Shown: piece after piece, positions 1 to 11,386 of the stretch | Numbering within the stretch: the first letter of the stretch is position 1 | How the letters are laid out: each line of letters starts with the position of its first letter | Source of the DNA: Hyphochytrium catenoides | Lineage: Eukaryota > Protista > Hyphochytriomycota | Length of the DNA stretch: 43,847 bases | Direction: 5' to 3' | Assembly: GCA_900088475.1 (NCBI GenBank) | Contig: FLMG01002021.1 | Location: 1 to 43,847, forward strand | Notes under the pieces: generated by a model | What the model was told of the DNA's origin: nothing | What the model saw: the letters and a program-made list of their open reading frames with translations, nothing else | Databases searched by the model: none | Program-made: the position numbers and the translations under genes

Positions 1-1010
1 AGGCCGCGGAGCTGTCTCCTACGTCGGAGCAGGGTTAGCGTAAGAAGGGAGAAGGAGGAGAAGAAGAGTGAAATGCCGGAAGCAGCTATAAAACAGCGAA
101 GAACTAAAGACAGACGATATAAAGGCGACCGCAGAAAGACTCAGAGCCAAGAACTATATAGAAGAATAGAAAAGGAGTCTCAAGTATAAAATAGAGATTG
201 CTGGGGAGGAAAGTGCCCGGTTAGACAGAGCATGGAACAAGAATGACACTTTGATCGAGTAACCAGCTGTGTGCCTGAGGTAAATCGAGGAACAAAGTAC
301 AATAGTGATGATGAGTCTGAAGCTTACTCTCTTGGGCCTGTCTGCAGGAATTGCCTCCAGACTCATCGTCTTATACCGGGCTGGATCGTCATAGCTGTCC
401 GTGATGATCACCATTCTGACGAAGGAAGGGCTAACAATGTACCCGGAGATCACAGCTTCTACGCCGTGGCGCTGATGAGGAGGGGGAGTAGGAGAAGAGA
501 CAAAGTAGAGACAAGCGGCTGTCACCCTCAGGTAGCGGTTAACATCATCCTCGGTGGCGGAAAGGGACGAAGAAAATCAGAGGAAAGAGGAGCGAAGGTG
601 CGTTGCAGTATCTCGACGGAGAAGACCCAGAACCGCCTGCTCAATAATAAATGCCACTCTTTCTCCGCTGCCCTGGACGTCTGCAGAGACTCTAACCCGT
701 TGCTGTGCGATGGAGAAAATAACCAACCTTCTTTTGGAGAAAGGTTACGGGGATGAGCTGACCAAGGAGCAACAAGTGCTACGCTACCTCCGGATCGCTC
801 TGCTTAGGGAGTGCATGAGAAGAGAGAGAATGAATAAGACAATGGGATAGTGGAGCACCTCTAACGTGAAGCTAGCTACTATGTCGGGCCGAGGTGGGAT
901 AAAAGGGAGGCAGGGAGTGGAGGAGAGCCAAGAAGGAAAGAAGAGAAGCGGGGAGAGAGAGTAAGCACAAAAGAAGGGATAAGAGAACTTACTGAGATGG
1001 ACACACAGCC

Positions 1011-1104
1011 AAGAGAGTGAGAGAGAGAGTGAGAAAGAGAGTGTGTGTGTGTGAGGGAGAGAGAGAGAGAGAAAGAGAGCGAGAGCGAGAGCGAGAGCGA
1101 GCGC

Positions 1105-1138
<34 letters not shown>

Positions 1139-1170
1139 GAGAGAGAGAGAGAGCGAAAGAACGAAGAGAG
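1011..1170. repeat. Compound microsatellite (GA)n/(GT)n/(GAGCGA)n
   Basis: Directly visible dinucleotide and hexanucleotide tracts; they generate the spurious SL/ER-rich ORFs here. Confidence 0.95.
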
Positions 1171-1847
1171 AAAGGTTGAACAGCTTGGGGAAGGTGATGG
1201 GAAACCGAAAAATAACGTGCAGGAAGGCCGCCACCGGCTAACTCTGTAACACTTTGTCACCCTAATATTGTCGCCTTCGGTAGCATTGCACTATTAAAGC
1301 CCAAAGGTGTACACCTAACACTAATACCACGATAGTTACAATTAGCACTATAAGGGTTCTACTGCTTAGGACGAGCATAATCCGTCCTCATATCTTCGCC
1401 TTTGGTAGGTGATGAGACTCTCATTCGCCTTGGAATCAGAGGCTTCTTCATCATCAACGCGGAGGATTGGTCAAGGCAGCATCAGAGCTTCCCCGCATCA
1501 TGGCAGGAACCCGGTAAGAAGAGTAGCATCGACTCCTCATCGTCTGACAGGTTAGCCTCTTGGAAGTCTCAGCTATCTTCACCTTCAGTTATCGTTCTGT
1601 GCCCTGCGAATGCTTTCTAAGTCGCTGCTGGGCTCACGCTCTTGGCCTCCAGTCACGTGCGCTAGAAGGTTATAATTAGGGTGGCTGGGAGGGTGAAAAG
1701 GGCTGGAGAGCCGGAGAGCAGGAGGAAGAAGGGAAAATAGCAGGGGCGCAGCTGTCTCTGGATTGTAAGGAGGTACATGATGGATAGAGGAGGATGTCTC
1801 ACTCAGAACTATAGCCAAGGTAGCCGGTAGGGCGAAGCTGTGCATTT

Positions 1848-3497
1848 ATGATGAGCGGCACACAAGAGGGGTCCTTACATCAGCAAGAAGGCGCTGTGCA
1901 TGCACTTGACCTGGTCAGGGCAGAGCAAGGGAAGGATGTAGCACAAGTGGGCCATCGGTTCGGCAATTTCCACACCTACTACAAGTTCAATCCGGCACCC
2001 GAGCGTCTCCAGTTTCTTCCGAGAGCCGAGCTCTGCAATCTCTTGTTAGGTGGCTCTCTGGAAGGGAAGGATCTTCCACTGAAGAGAGATCAAAGCAAAT
2101 TCGAGAGGACGCTTCTACTATGCGATGTTGGATGCAATGAAGGTAGGACTGATGCTTAATAACTGTCCGCTGTTTGTCCATAAGGAAGTGGCTCTGGAGC
2201 TGATTCCTCAGATGTGTTATGATAGGCGATTTAACGCTGGGGTTGTACAAAGCTTTAACGTCGAAGGAGTTACCGTGGCCTGAGGTGACAAAGAAAAGGC
2301 CGGCTGCAGGAGAGGGTGGGCGGGGAGATGCTCATTCTATATCGAAGTTCAATGACCTTGTTCAGCGTAAGAAGCTCAAGGCTGAGCTCCACTTTAGGGA
2401 GGACGCGTCTGGGAGTCATAGGCAAGGCAAATATTACGTGGCATCTTTCGTGATTGGACAAGATGTGGAGGCCCAGACCTTCCGGGGCGAAGGATCTACA
2501 AAAAAGCAGGCAAAAGCAGCAGCGGCTAAGGCCGTCTTGAGGACCCTGCACCCCGAGAGCCTAATGGACAAGAGGGCAGAAGTAGAAGGAGGAGAATGCT
2601 TATCGGAAGGCCCCAGATGCTCAGATTCGCCCTCCAAGTTGGGATCGTACGATGTCCTTCTCTCTCCGGACAAAGTACAGATGCTTGGGGTCGATCTAGA
2701 CGGCGTGCTAATAGACAGAGCAATACAGAAGGCGGCAGATGAAGGCCTAAGTGGGCGAGTCACTTTTCAGATGGGTGACATCATGAAAGAGGAGAGCAGC
2801 ACTTTAAAGACGTACTTGCAGGTCATGCAAGGAGGCAAGAAGGAAAGGGATTCTCGCTTTGACCTAATCAGCTGCTTCAGTATCACGATGTGGATTCACA
2901 TCAACCATGGAGATCAGGGTTTGCAGACTTTTTTGCAGAGGATCTCTTCCCTTGCCAGGGTAATGATTGTAGAGCCTCAACCCTGGAAGTGCTACAGGTC
3001 AGGACTGGGCCTCTCTTTCCTACTAAGTTCATGTACCTCATCTGTATAGCATGCTTATTTGTCAAGCTCAAGGAAGTCGTATGCTTTCACTTGTTCATGA
3101 GCTTGCCCACGTACGACGCGAAACCTAGATCCGCGCTCGCGGGATGTGTTTATAATCCTTCAGATAGTGAGAATTCTGATCATTGATCTTTGTTCTGTCA
3201 ATTGAAGTTCTTCCCTTACTTTTTTAAGGCCCTCCCTAGGAAAAGTTCACCTCCCTAAGGTTACTGTTCTGTTTGTTTGGCCCCGGAGCTCACGTTAGCC
3301 TTTACAGGTCAGCAGTCTCACGTATGAGGAGACTGGGGTTACCTATACCTGCGGCATTCAAGGACCTTCAATGGACAAAAGATGTCGTCGAGCAGATTGA
3401 CGGCTATCTGGTTCGTTCATGTGGCATGAAGAGGGAAAAGGTTCTTGGGGAGACCATCTGGGAAAGGCCTATTTATTTATATTCTCAGTGGTCGTAA
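1848..3497 (+). CDS. Bin3/BCDIN3D-like RNA 5'-phosphate methyltransferase with inserted dsRNA-binding domain (exons 1848-2142, 2226-2997, 3308-3497)
   Basis: FGNFHTYYKFNPAPERL N-terminus; SAM motif I CDVGCNEG|DLT restored by splicing; LGVDLD; FDLISCFSITMWIHINHGDQGL and IVEPQPWKCYR are Bin3-family hallmarks; C-terminal RPIYLY. GT-AG introns keep the frame. Confidence 0.9.
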
Positions 3498-3725
3498 TGC
3501 GCTAACAGGAGTGATGGAACTAAGAAAAAGCCAAGAAGGACTGTAGCGGTTACCATCAGGACGAGAAGGGTGGTTAGCATGACAAAAGATGTAGATCAAA
3601 CACAGAGGGTGATGCCCAAAGGGATCGATTAGAGACAGAGACAGGCTCTCTGCCATATTATCAATAGCAACCCCTAAGAGAATATCTTTCAAAAACGCTG
3701 CGGAATAAGCCAGGCTTAGAGCGGA

Positions 3726-4262
3726 TTAGTTGTTACTGGCCCTCAGTCTTCGAGATGCATGTTGCGCGCAGTTGATCGGAGCTTCTGGTGGGCACCGTCC
3801 ATCGTCTCTGATTGGGAAGCATTCCCATTTTCCAGATCCTGTTTGGCCCCAACAAGGGGGAGACGCTGTCCCTTGGTACGTATGGCCCCAAGGTGCGGAA
3901 CAGGAGCCCTGGCAAGCTCCTCCTTTGTCCGAGTTTCCATAAAATTGCTCTTGTAGGGAATTGTGCACGACAGCCGACTGTCGAGCAGAGTTTAATGGTA
4001 GCGGAAATCCTTCAAAAACGTTGGGAAAGTCGAAATCGATGCATCCAAGAACGCCCGGTTGAACCAGTCCACAGAAGGAGTTATCAGGACAATTGCCCAA
4101 AAATCTGCCAGAGCAAGCAAAGCCCAGAACACAGCCATTAGATCTTCCTCCAAGAACCCCCACCTCCGTCTGGCCAATAGGGCAAATAGCTTGTGAAGCC
4201 TGAGGTCGTTGCAATAGGGCTAGAAAGGCCACGAACAGCGAGGATCTCATCGAGAAGAGCAT
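3726..4262 (-). CDS. Small secreted cysteine-rich protein, single exon
   Basis: ATG at 4262; hydrophobic signal peptide (SLFVAFLALL...SQA); two Cys-rich modules (CPIGQ...GVLGC and CQGSC...PINC); C-terminal RRLRA. Confidence 0.75.
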   Translation of the reverse strand: MLFSMRSSLFVAFLALLQRPQASQAICPIGQTEVGVLGGRSNGCVLGFACSGRFLGNCPDNSFCGLVQPGVLGCIDFDFPNVFEGFPLPLNSARQSAVVHNSLQEQFYGNSDKGGACQGSCSAPWGHTYQGTASPPCWGQTGSGKWECFPIRDDGRCPPEAPINCAQHASRRLRASNN

Positions 4263-5220
4263 TGTATAAGCAGTTTTGGGTTGCACTATTTCAGATTCGA
4301 TGGGTTGGTGCCTGGTGCAAGGGATGAACGGGAGGCTGGACGTGTTGATATTTGGATGAACTTTGCTGCTGAGTTGCAGATTTGAGAGTGAGCAATGTGC
4401 AGCAAGCTTCTTTGCCTCTTAATCGCGCAGACATCAAACTCTTCTGTCCTGAGGAACCAGTCTCTAGGAATAAGGGGTGGGACGCGTATTGCCGAGTCTC
4501 CGCAATGGGAAAGCAGATAGGCCTTGATTGAGAAGATAACGACAAGGAGAGTGTCGCTTCGTTCTCTGCTGGTCAAGTTTACCTTGGAACCAGCGCCAAA
4601 CCCACAATCTGCCGCTGCTACTGTTCGATCGTGAAGGCGGGTGGTGGCAGGACTGATGCTATCTGTTTATACGGGGTGGATGGGTCCTGGTTGCTGATTG
4701 GCCCCTCTCGTCAAGATTCTTCAATCTTGCAAGAGACAACCCAATAAGTTACAAAGCTTCATAGGTTCCAGCTTTTAACTTTCATATTTCTTTCTGTAAA
4801 CCATAGTAAACTTTTATGTTTCAACAATATAATTCCGCGGTTGAAAGGTATCCATCATCATGGCAAATCCAAGGCCGGACAAGATATCAGCCAATCAGCG
4901 GCGATGGTCATTGGCGATACTCAAGATCTCTGTTAATGCAGCTTCAAGCGGGAGTCTGGCCCGAGTTGTTATTATGCCTATGAGATAGAGAGTCCAATGA
5001 AGCTCTTGATAGTGCACATTGTTCTAGGACCTTCCGAAGCTCAACCGGATTCTTTGTGAGAACCATGGAAGACTTTTCAGAGACAACCTATTGACAATCT
5101 TGAAGACGGTCACCTGCAAGTAGTTGTGGCTTGCGTGGCATCGATTCCTTTTACGGAGTATAAAAGTAGAGGTTTCTTGAAGGCATGCGTGTGTATACCA
5201 CAATTTGAAGACTAAGACTG

Positions 5221-6937
5221 CTAGTGAGGCCTGGCCTTCATAGATTCATCATATGTCTGACTGTACTTGGAGAGTAGATATTCGCCACTCGTAACTGGGC
5301 CATACTTCGCCGGCGTCTCTGTGGTACAAAATTCCGCTAAGGGTGATACCTGGCATTCAAAGTTTGGGTCAAAAAACAGTGCAGCGGAATATCGCTCACA
5401 GCCTCGGTAATTCACCACACGGTGAACAGTGCTTCGATAGACGTCATTGGTCCATCGCTCTAGTATTAGCAGACGAGATAAGTGTGAGGTCAGCGATCTG
5501 TAGGAGGTTCGTGTTTGGTCCGGTAAAGCAAACTTTGACGTACGAAGCATATCTCCCAAGTTTATAACGAAAGCATCTGAAACAGGCGGAACTGGTATCC
5601 ACTTATCCCCTAGAAAGATCTCTAGCCCTGGATTGTCATCCGTGCTCAAGAGTGTGATCATACCTGCAGAAGGAAGAGCCGCGGGCGAGGTAGTGAGCTA
5701 CGTTTAAGTAGATAGAACAAACCAGGAATATGTGGGATGCTCGCACCGTAATCGCTGTGAGCACCACAGCCTAATATGCCATCTGATGGTAGGCTTTTGA
5801 CAGCTTGATAATGAAGCAGTCTCAATGTGGCCATAGCACTATAAACAGAGATTTCAGTCTTTCGTATGTCGGGTCGCCTTTATCTAAGACACAGCGGAAG
5901 CATCAAACGGGTTGCCTAGCAATCACAGTGCGTCCTCGTAGAACACAGGGATATCTGTGTTCCGTCCCAAAAAGGAAAACGAGCTGCAGAGGTTCCGGCC
6001 CGGCAAGGGTGACGCCACTGATACCAGTAAAGACCTTTCTGATCACTGACCGGTCGAAGTATCCAGGCCCGGCCCAACAATCCTCGGGTAGTCCAATGCC
6101 CATTGCAATGAGCCTCACAAGCCTTTGGCCTAAGGCAGTTAAAGCTGCGTGATAGTTGAGAATGACTTCCCTCCAGCCAGGCAAGATAGTCTCATCTGGC
6201 CACATGTTTGGGCCATGGAGTGGGAGCGCCAGGTCTGGATGTCCCGCAGGAATCTCTCTACCAATATAATAGCCTTCCTTCGTGTCGCCTGGTAGCAGCA
6301 TCAGCAGATCATTGTACGGCCATCATTCACGGTCACACTTGATGCCACCCTTTGTGTCGATCTCGAGTTTATTCCGCGCCTTGCTGCCCTCGATAGACTT
6401 TTTCAAACTCCCTGTCACCTCTGCTTGGCACCCTCCCTTTTCTCCTACGACCTCTCTTCTACCCAGCTTGTAAGGTGTTCTCCTCCCCTACGTCTCAATA
6501 GCTCTTCTCGCTTCCCTCACAGAAAGACGAGTGATACTCACCCATCTTCTGAGTGGCTGGATCTAAGGTTTCTGCCTGGGGCCTGGTCCATCCTCTCCCA
6601 TACTCATTTACCAGGACGGACTCTTTAAAGGCTGTGCCTTTTGTGAAAAACGTGCGCATAGCATCGTATAGCTGGGAGACCAGTTGAGAAGGCACATCAT
6701 GATTCCTTACATAGAAAAAGCCGACCTGCCGACAGGCCTGCATAGCTAGCCTCAGTAATAATGCAGGATAATTGGGAAGGGGATCCTATCCATGGAGGAT
6801 GGCAGGCAGATGGAAGAGTGAATCGACAGGCCACATACCTCGTTAATCTTTTTGGCACAGAGGGTGTCCTCTTCAGCCATGTCTATCATAGGGATCGCAG
6901 GCCCTCCCATCGAGATCGTATACACAGCGTTGGCCAT
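5221..6937 (-). CDS. 2-oxoglutarate/Fe(II)-dependent dioxygenase (IPNS/DIOX_N family), multi-exon
   Basis: IPMID, ACRQVGFFYVRNHDV, GDTKEGYY, GPNMWP, HxD (GAHSDYG, about 5750-5770), NLGDML/ERWTND, distal His (STVHRV), RYS. Confidence 0.93.
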
Positions 6938-6993
6938 CTCTCAGGCAAGGGTATGCACCGCCCGCAGCTTTTCCAGTTCCAGAAGGACAGGTG

Positions 6994-8011
6994 TTATGCT
7001 ATTATTGCCCTCTCATTCAGATGCAGATACCGCGTTCTTCCCAGTAACAGACAGAGGAAGGCAGAGGTATGAGAAAGCTTATCAGAGTGCAAGGAGCCTA
7101 CTCCGTCCGCCCCACCAAGTGCCTCTTCTGCTGTTCTTACAGAGAGGCGTCGTCTTGAAGCTGTAAGAATCGTCCAGGTCATCAAACAGATTCTCACACG
7201 CTTCCACATTCCGCATTCCTTTTGATGAGTGAACGTCATGGTGCCTGTGTTTTACAGTTCGTACAGCTCTTACGCTATACGTTAGCGACATGGTGGTCGA
7301 TCATACCTTCCCCTTTGACGAAGGGGTACAATCATCAGAACAACAGATTCCCTTTCTTCATCCTTCTGCACACCATGACATAGAGCCAAGACCCCACTGC
7401 TTGGCGATGAGGAGTGTACCTCATAGACCTTACAGCGGTTGCGCATACAGTCATTTGTCCTTCTCTATGCTGAGCCGGAATATAACGGGTTAAGAACAAG
7501 TCTTGAACAGGTTAATGGCACTGCTTCCTCGAGGTCATGCTAAAGCCACTGACTCATCGTCTTAACGTCAACCCAGGCTAACTGGGCCCAATTAGCCTTC
7601 TTCTGTGGATTAAGAGACAAGAGATAGAATCTTCTTTCTAGGGAGTTCCATATGGCATTTGGCACCCAACGTTGTGAGGAGGACTCTCGACCGAACGAAT
7701 GACCCACTAATCAGCAGTTCTACCGTTTAGATGCAAACTGACGGAAGCTAGCGCCTAATTATTGATGATGGAATGAGCGTCGCTATTAGGATGGTTGCAG
7801 AGAATGCTAGTTTCTAAGAGCTTGTCATAGATTTGCTGCGATACGATGCCCTGAGCCAGAGAGTCAACTGCTCCGTTCTATAATGATGCGGTTCATCTTC
7901 TAGGAATATGGGAGTGCCATCAACTAAAGGAACAAACAAACAGCCGCTGGTGAGGAAGGAACCAAAGAGCGATAGAGCGAGAACGCTTAGGCATCGACGA
8001 TGTAGCGACAT
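6994..8011 (-). pseudogene. Possible decayed 3' exons of the recombinase gene, or a second element gene
   Basis: Same-strand protein-like fragments (AVDSLAQGIVSQQIYDKLLETSILC; WVPNAIWNSLERRFYLLSLNPQKKANWAQLAW) near splice-like sites, interrupted by stops; no family recognised. Confidence 0.3.
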
Positions 8012-8111
8012 AATGTCAAACGTGACTATTCATTGTACTTTTGGACCCAACAGTTCAGCCAATAGGCACCCTCCGCCATGACACGAATAACATCTTCTAT
8101 CATGGGCTTAC

Positions 8112-10885
8112 ATCCAGTGAGACTCTTCCCAGGCGCATGTCATGAGCCTTGTACTTAAAGTCTCGAACCCGTTTCTCCAGCAGGAAGGTCTCCTTGATGA
8201 CGAGATCAAGGGAATATTCTGGTCTTTCGGCGTGGACAACCATCCTCTCTATTTGCTCCAGTGAAGAGGTCATGAGGGATATGTCGTTGATGAGCAACTT
8301 GGCAGCCGCTGCTTTAGGTGACTTTGCCTTGGTGTTAACGAAGGCAACAATGTCTTTCAGCACGGTCATGGGGTTGGCTCGGACACGGTCCAAAGCCCTC
8401 CGCTCGAGCCCTGGCAACTCTAAGAATGGCCCCACAAAGTCCGCCAAATGGTCACAGTTGCCTTCCGGAAGGGGTCTCCTGCCCGTCACAGTCCGTTAAG
8501 GGTGTCAATTCAAGTGGTTCCATCAGTAGCCTTCTTACTCATAAGAGACCAACAAGGGCTTGTATAACCACATCTGCGCGGTGTCGTCCTTCCTTGTCAA
8601 TTCGTATTGAAGCTGCTGGGATCCTCTACCAAAGGCCACATAGGTGAGATACTCATCACTGTTGCCAAGGTTGTTTGGTTAGCAAGCTGGTCACTCTATT
8701 GCACATGTTCATCGCTGCTTCGTCGAAGAAGTGCCTTCCGAGTCCTTACCTCTCCCAGAGCCCGCTTGCCCGGATCTCGGCATCTGTTGCCCCGCATCTG
8801 GCTGCCCATTCTGTTGCGGCTCTGCAACATATATATAGAAATAGGGTGCATGGAGAGGTCAGTTAGTGATGCGCAGTAGTGCTCAAAACACGACAAAAAA
8901 GAACCTTCTGCAGCTGCGAGCAGTGATATTATCGCCCTCCTTCTTCAACGCACGTCTGAAAGCATGATTCATTGCCTAGAGGATGTTGTTCTTCTGGCTT
9001 TAATAACAACAGTTCAATCGTAAGTGAATCTGTTGCCTCTTACATGAGAAAACTGGGTGGCGGTGACCGCCCACGGAGATAAGCTGTCGGCTAGTCGCTG
9101 ACTCCTTGGTCTCCCTTTGTCAGATAGGGGTATATCTTCCAAATTGAAAGATTGGACCAACCAGCCTTTGCCGTTGATTGAGACGGTAGCGTACTCCCAT
9201 GAGGGTAACCAGAGCAACCACAGGGCATAGCCTTGTCTCCTTTGTGGGATTCCTGTGCAAAATTTTAGAGGAAGCTTGAGGGCAAAGGTTAGCAGGTTGA
9301 CAGTGAACCGTCCTCCATCCCTAAAAAAACGATTCTTCCGCGATCCCGCACGTTCACAATGTGAGCACTTATTTGATACCTCTGTTGCTGCTGACCGCTG
9401 CCGTTGCCTTCGCCTTCTTTGCCCTGAAGTGCAAGATGAAGTATGGAGGAACGCCATCGGCGTCCAAAACGATAGGATTGCTCGGATCTCCTTGGCCTTC
9501 GTTCCCTACAGCCATACCCACCCCGTCCGTACGACGAACTCGAGGAAGCACAACTTGCTCGAAGGTCAACTGCTCTACCTCAGAAGGTTGGCTCATTGTT
9601 GCGTGACAGAGCAAGACCATAACCCATAGAGTCAGATTTGACAACTTCCCTAATGTAGGAGTACCGTCATGTAGCTATCAGGCCTTTGAGTAGGGTAAGG
9701 AACTAGGGCATTGGCTCCCAAAGGAACACCAGATTTACATGGAGCACTGACTTACATCCTTCTTTCAAGGCCTCGCTAACATCATGAGTAGACATCTTTG
9801 ATAATGTCCCTCTGACCTTCAACGAATCTTCGAGGCCATAGCCTCTAGCAGAGTCTACTTTCCTCTCCCAATCATACGATTCTGCTCGCAGACGATGCTC
9901 CAGTTCCTGCGGACAAAACACAGATGATTGACCATAATCACTGCTACTCTGGAATAACTACTAGCGCTGCCGTCTCTCTCTCTTGAGAGTACCTTCGTAG
10001 ACTTGTGATTTACTGGATTGCGCTTGCCACAAAAGTTATTGATTTCGTGGAAGTTCCTCAGCTGCGAAAGAGCAGCTAGCAAAGATGATTGCTTAAGACC
10101 TCTACCGTTTATGTTGGTTCCTGGGGCGAAAGGCACGTCTTTGGGGCCCATCATGTATCCTGGCACAGTTCATTGGTATGCGCCATAGATTAAGGGGAGT
10201 GAACAGTCAGAGAATGGTCGCAGCTCCAAGAAAAGTCATTAACTGATCCACGACGAGACCACGGCGGTGAGAGCAACCCTAGGGAAAGAGCATTACTTAC
10301 TCATAAATCGGTGGAGTTGGTACAATTTGAAGGGCTTCTGCATGTTGTTCATGTCCACCTCCTCGCCTAGAGCGGTTCTGCAGAACTGAACGAACTGTTT
10401 CACATAATCGGTCTGCGTCGCATGCTTGTGGCCTACTTTCTGGCTCTGTTTAACCCCTGATTTAAGGGACTTGATCAGTAAAGAGACCTGGTTCTTATCG
10501 CCGCCGCCAATATTTTGAAGCTTGCCACTGGTACTACTGCCTGGGATGATGTTGAGGACATTCCTACAGAGTTCGTTGCGCTTCCTCTTTCTAATCTACA
10601 TACGAGAAGGATCTATAAGAAAACAAGACTTGGAGCAGTCAATCATGTTGTTACCGATCCGCAGGATCCGGATGAGCTATTGTCATCTTCAGTCATGGTA
10701 TCGTCAGCCGCCGAGCCACTGCTGGTAGAATTGGAGGATGCTACTGCTGTTCCATCAATCCGCGTTTGTGCATCAACATCGATGGCTTTACCAGGAGCGG
10801 CAGCTCCCGCTCGCTCGTTAGTAGTAGCCCCAACGTGCGTTGTGCTGCTAGTAGCCGGGTTATTGAGTCTTGGTCCGCGTGCCAT
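8112..10885 (-). mobile_element. Intron-containing tyrosine recombinase gene (Crypton-like DNA transposon), probably inactivated. Exons 10885-10655, 10595-10301, 10159-9993, 9906-9756, 9649-9380, 9274-9044, 8975-8905, 8821-8750, 8658-8539, 8478-8112
   Basis: Manual GT-AG splicing gives a core-binding-like domain (TQTDYVKQFVQFC; LKQSSLLAALSQLRNFH...NPV), box I LLCHATMS[Q]PSEVEQLTFEQV, FRAKK, LHRNP..LCPVVAL..GPIF, and box II ITARSCRRAATEWAARCGATDAEIRASGLWESDEYLTYV with putative catalytic Tyr at 8642-8640. One frameshift is needed near 9146. Confidence 0.82.
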
Positions 10886-11386
10886 TATTATTCTTCACTT
10901 CTTCTTACGTCTCTTTGGTGCAGTGGCTTCTCACGGGTGCGATCAAGCGGAAGGATAGCCCTTCCTACAAAGAGCTTCCACCTTCTTGCTCCCCCTGTCG
11001 GTGCAACAGTACTGTTTCGACAGAAGAAGGAGGAACTGAAAGGCTGAGGAAGAAAGGAAGAAGATGGTGGTGGGTAGGGTCGATTGTGAAGTGAAGATGG
11101 AACATCAAGATGACTGAATGAAACAATCAAGATCAGTGAGCTAGCTGCTGATGCGGGGAAAGTGTAAAGTGAACACGCCAACACGCCATGAGGGCTAGTT
11201 CTATCTCCTGGCTCAGTAGATCGGGCAGGATTATGCTACCTTTACTATTGAAACTAGTCTTTATACGGTAGTTGAAGGGCAGCTTGTAATGCGTAGTAGT
11301 CGCAGTACTGCCTGCTAACTACTACTGTTGTGTTAGGACTGTGAGTTGTATCCGGTATATAGTCCCTGGTCACTCCAGTCTAGATT

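Noticed and set aside
154-850. Overlapping 100-160 aa ORFs on both strands
   Set aside because: No recognisable motif or consistent exon structure.
784-1260. ORFs rich in SL/ER/AL repeats
   Set aside because: They are translations of the microsatellite.
10515-10958. 147-aa plus-strand ORF with hydrophobic end
   Set aside because: It is the antisense shadow of recombinase exons 1-2.
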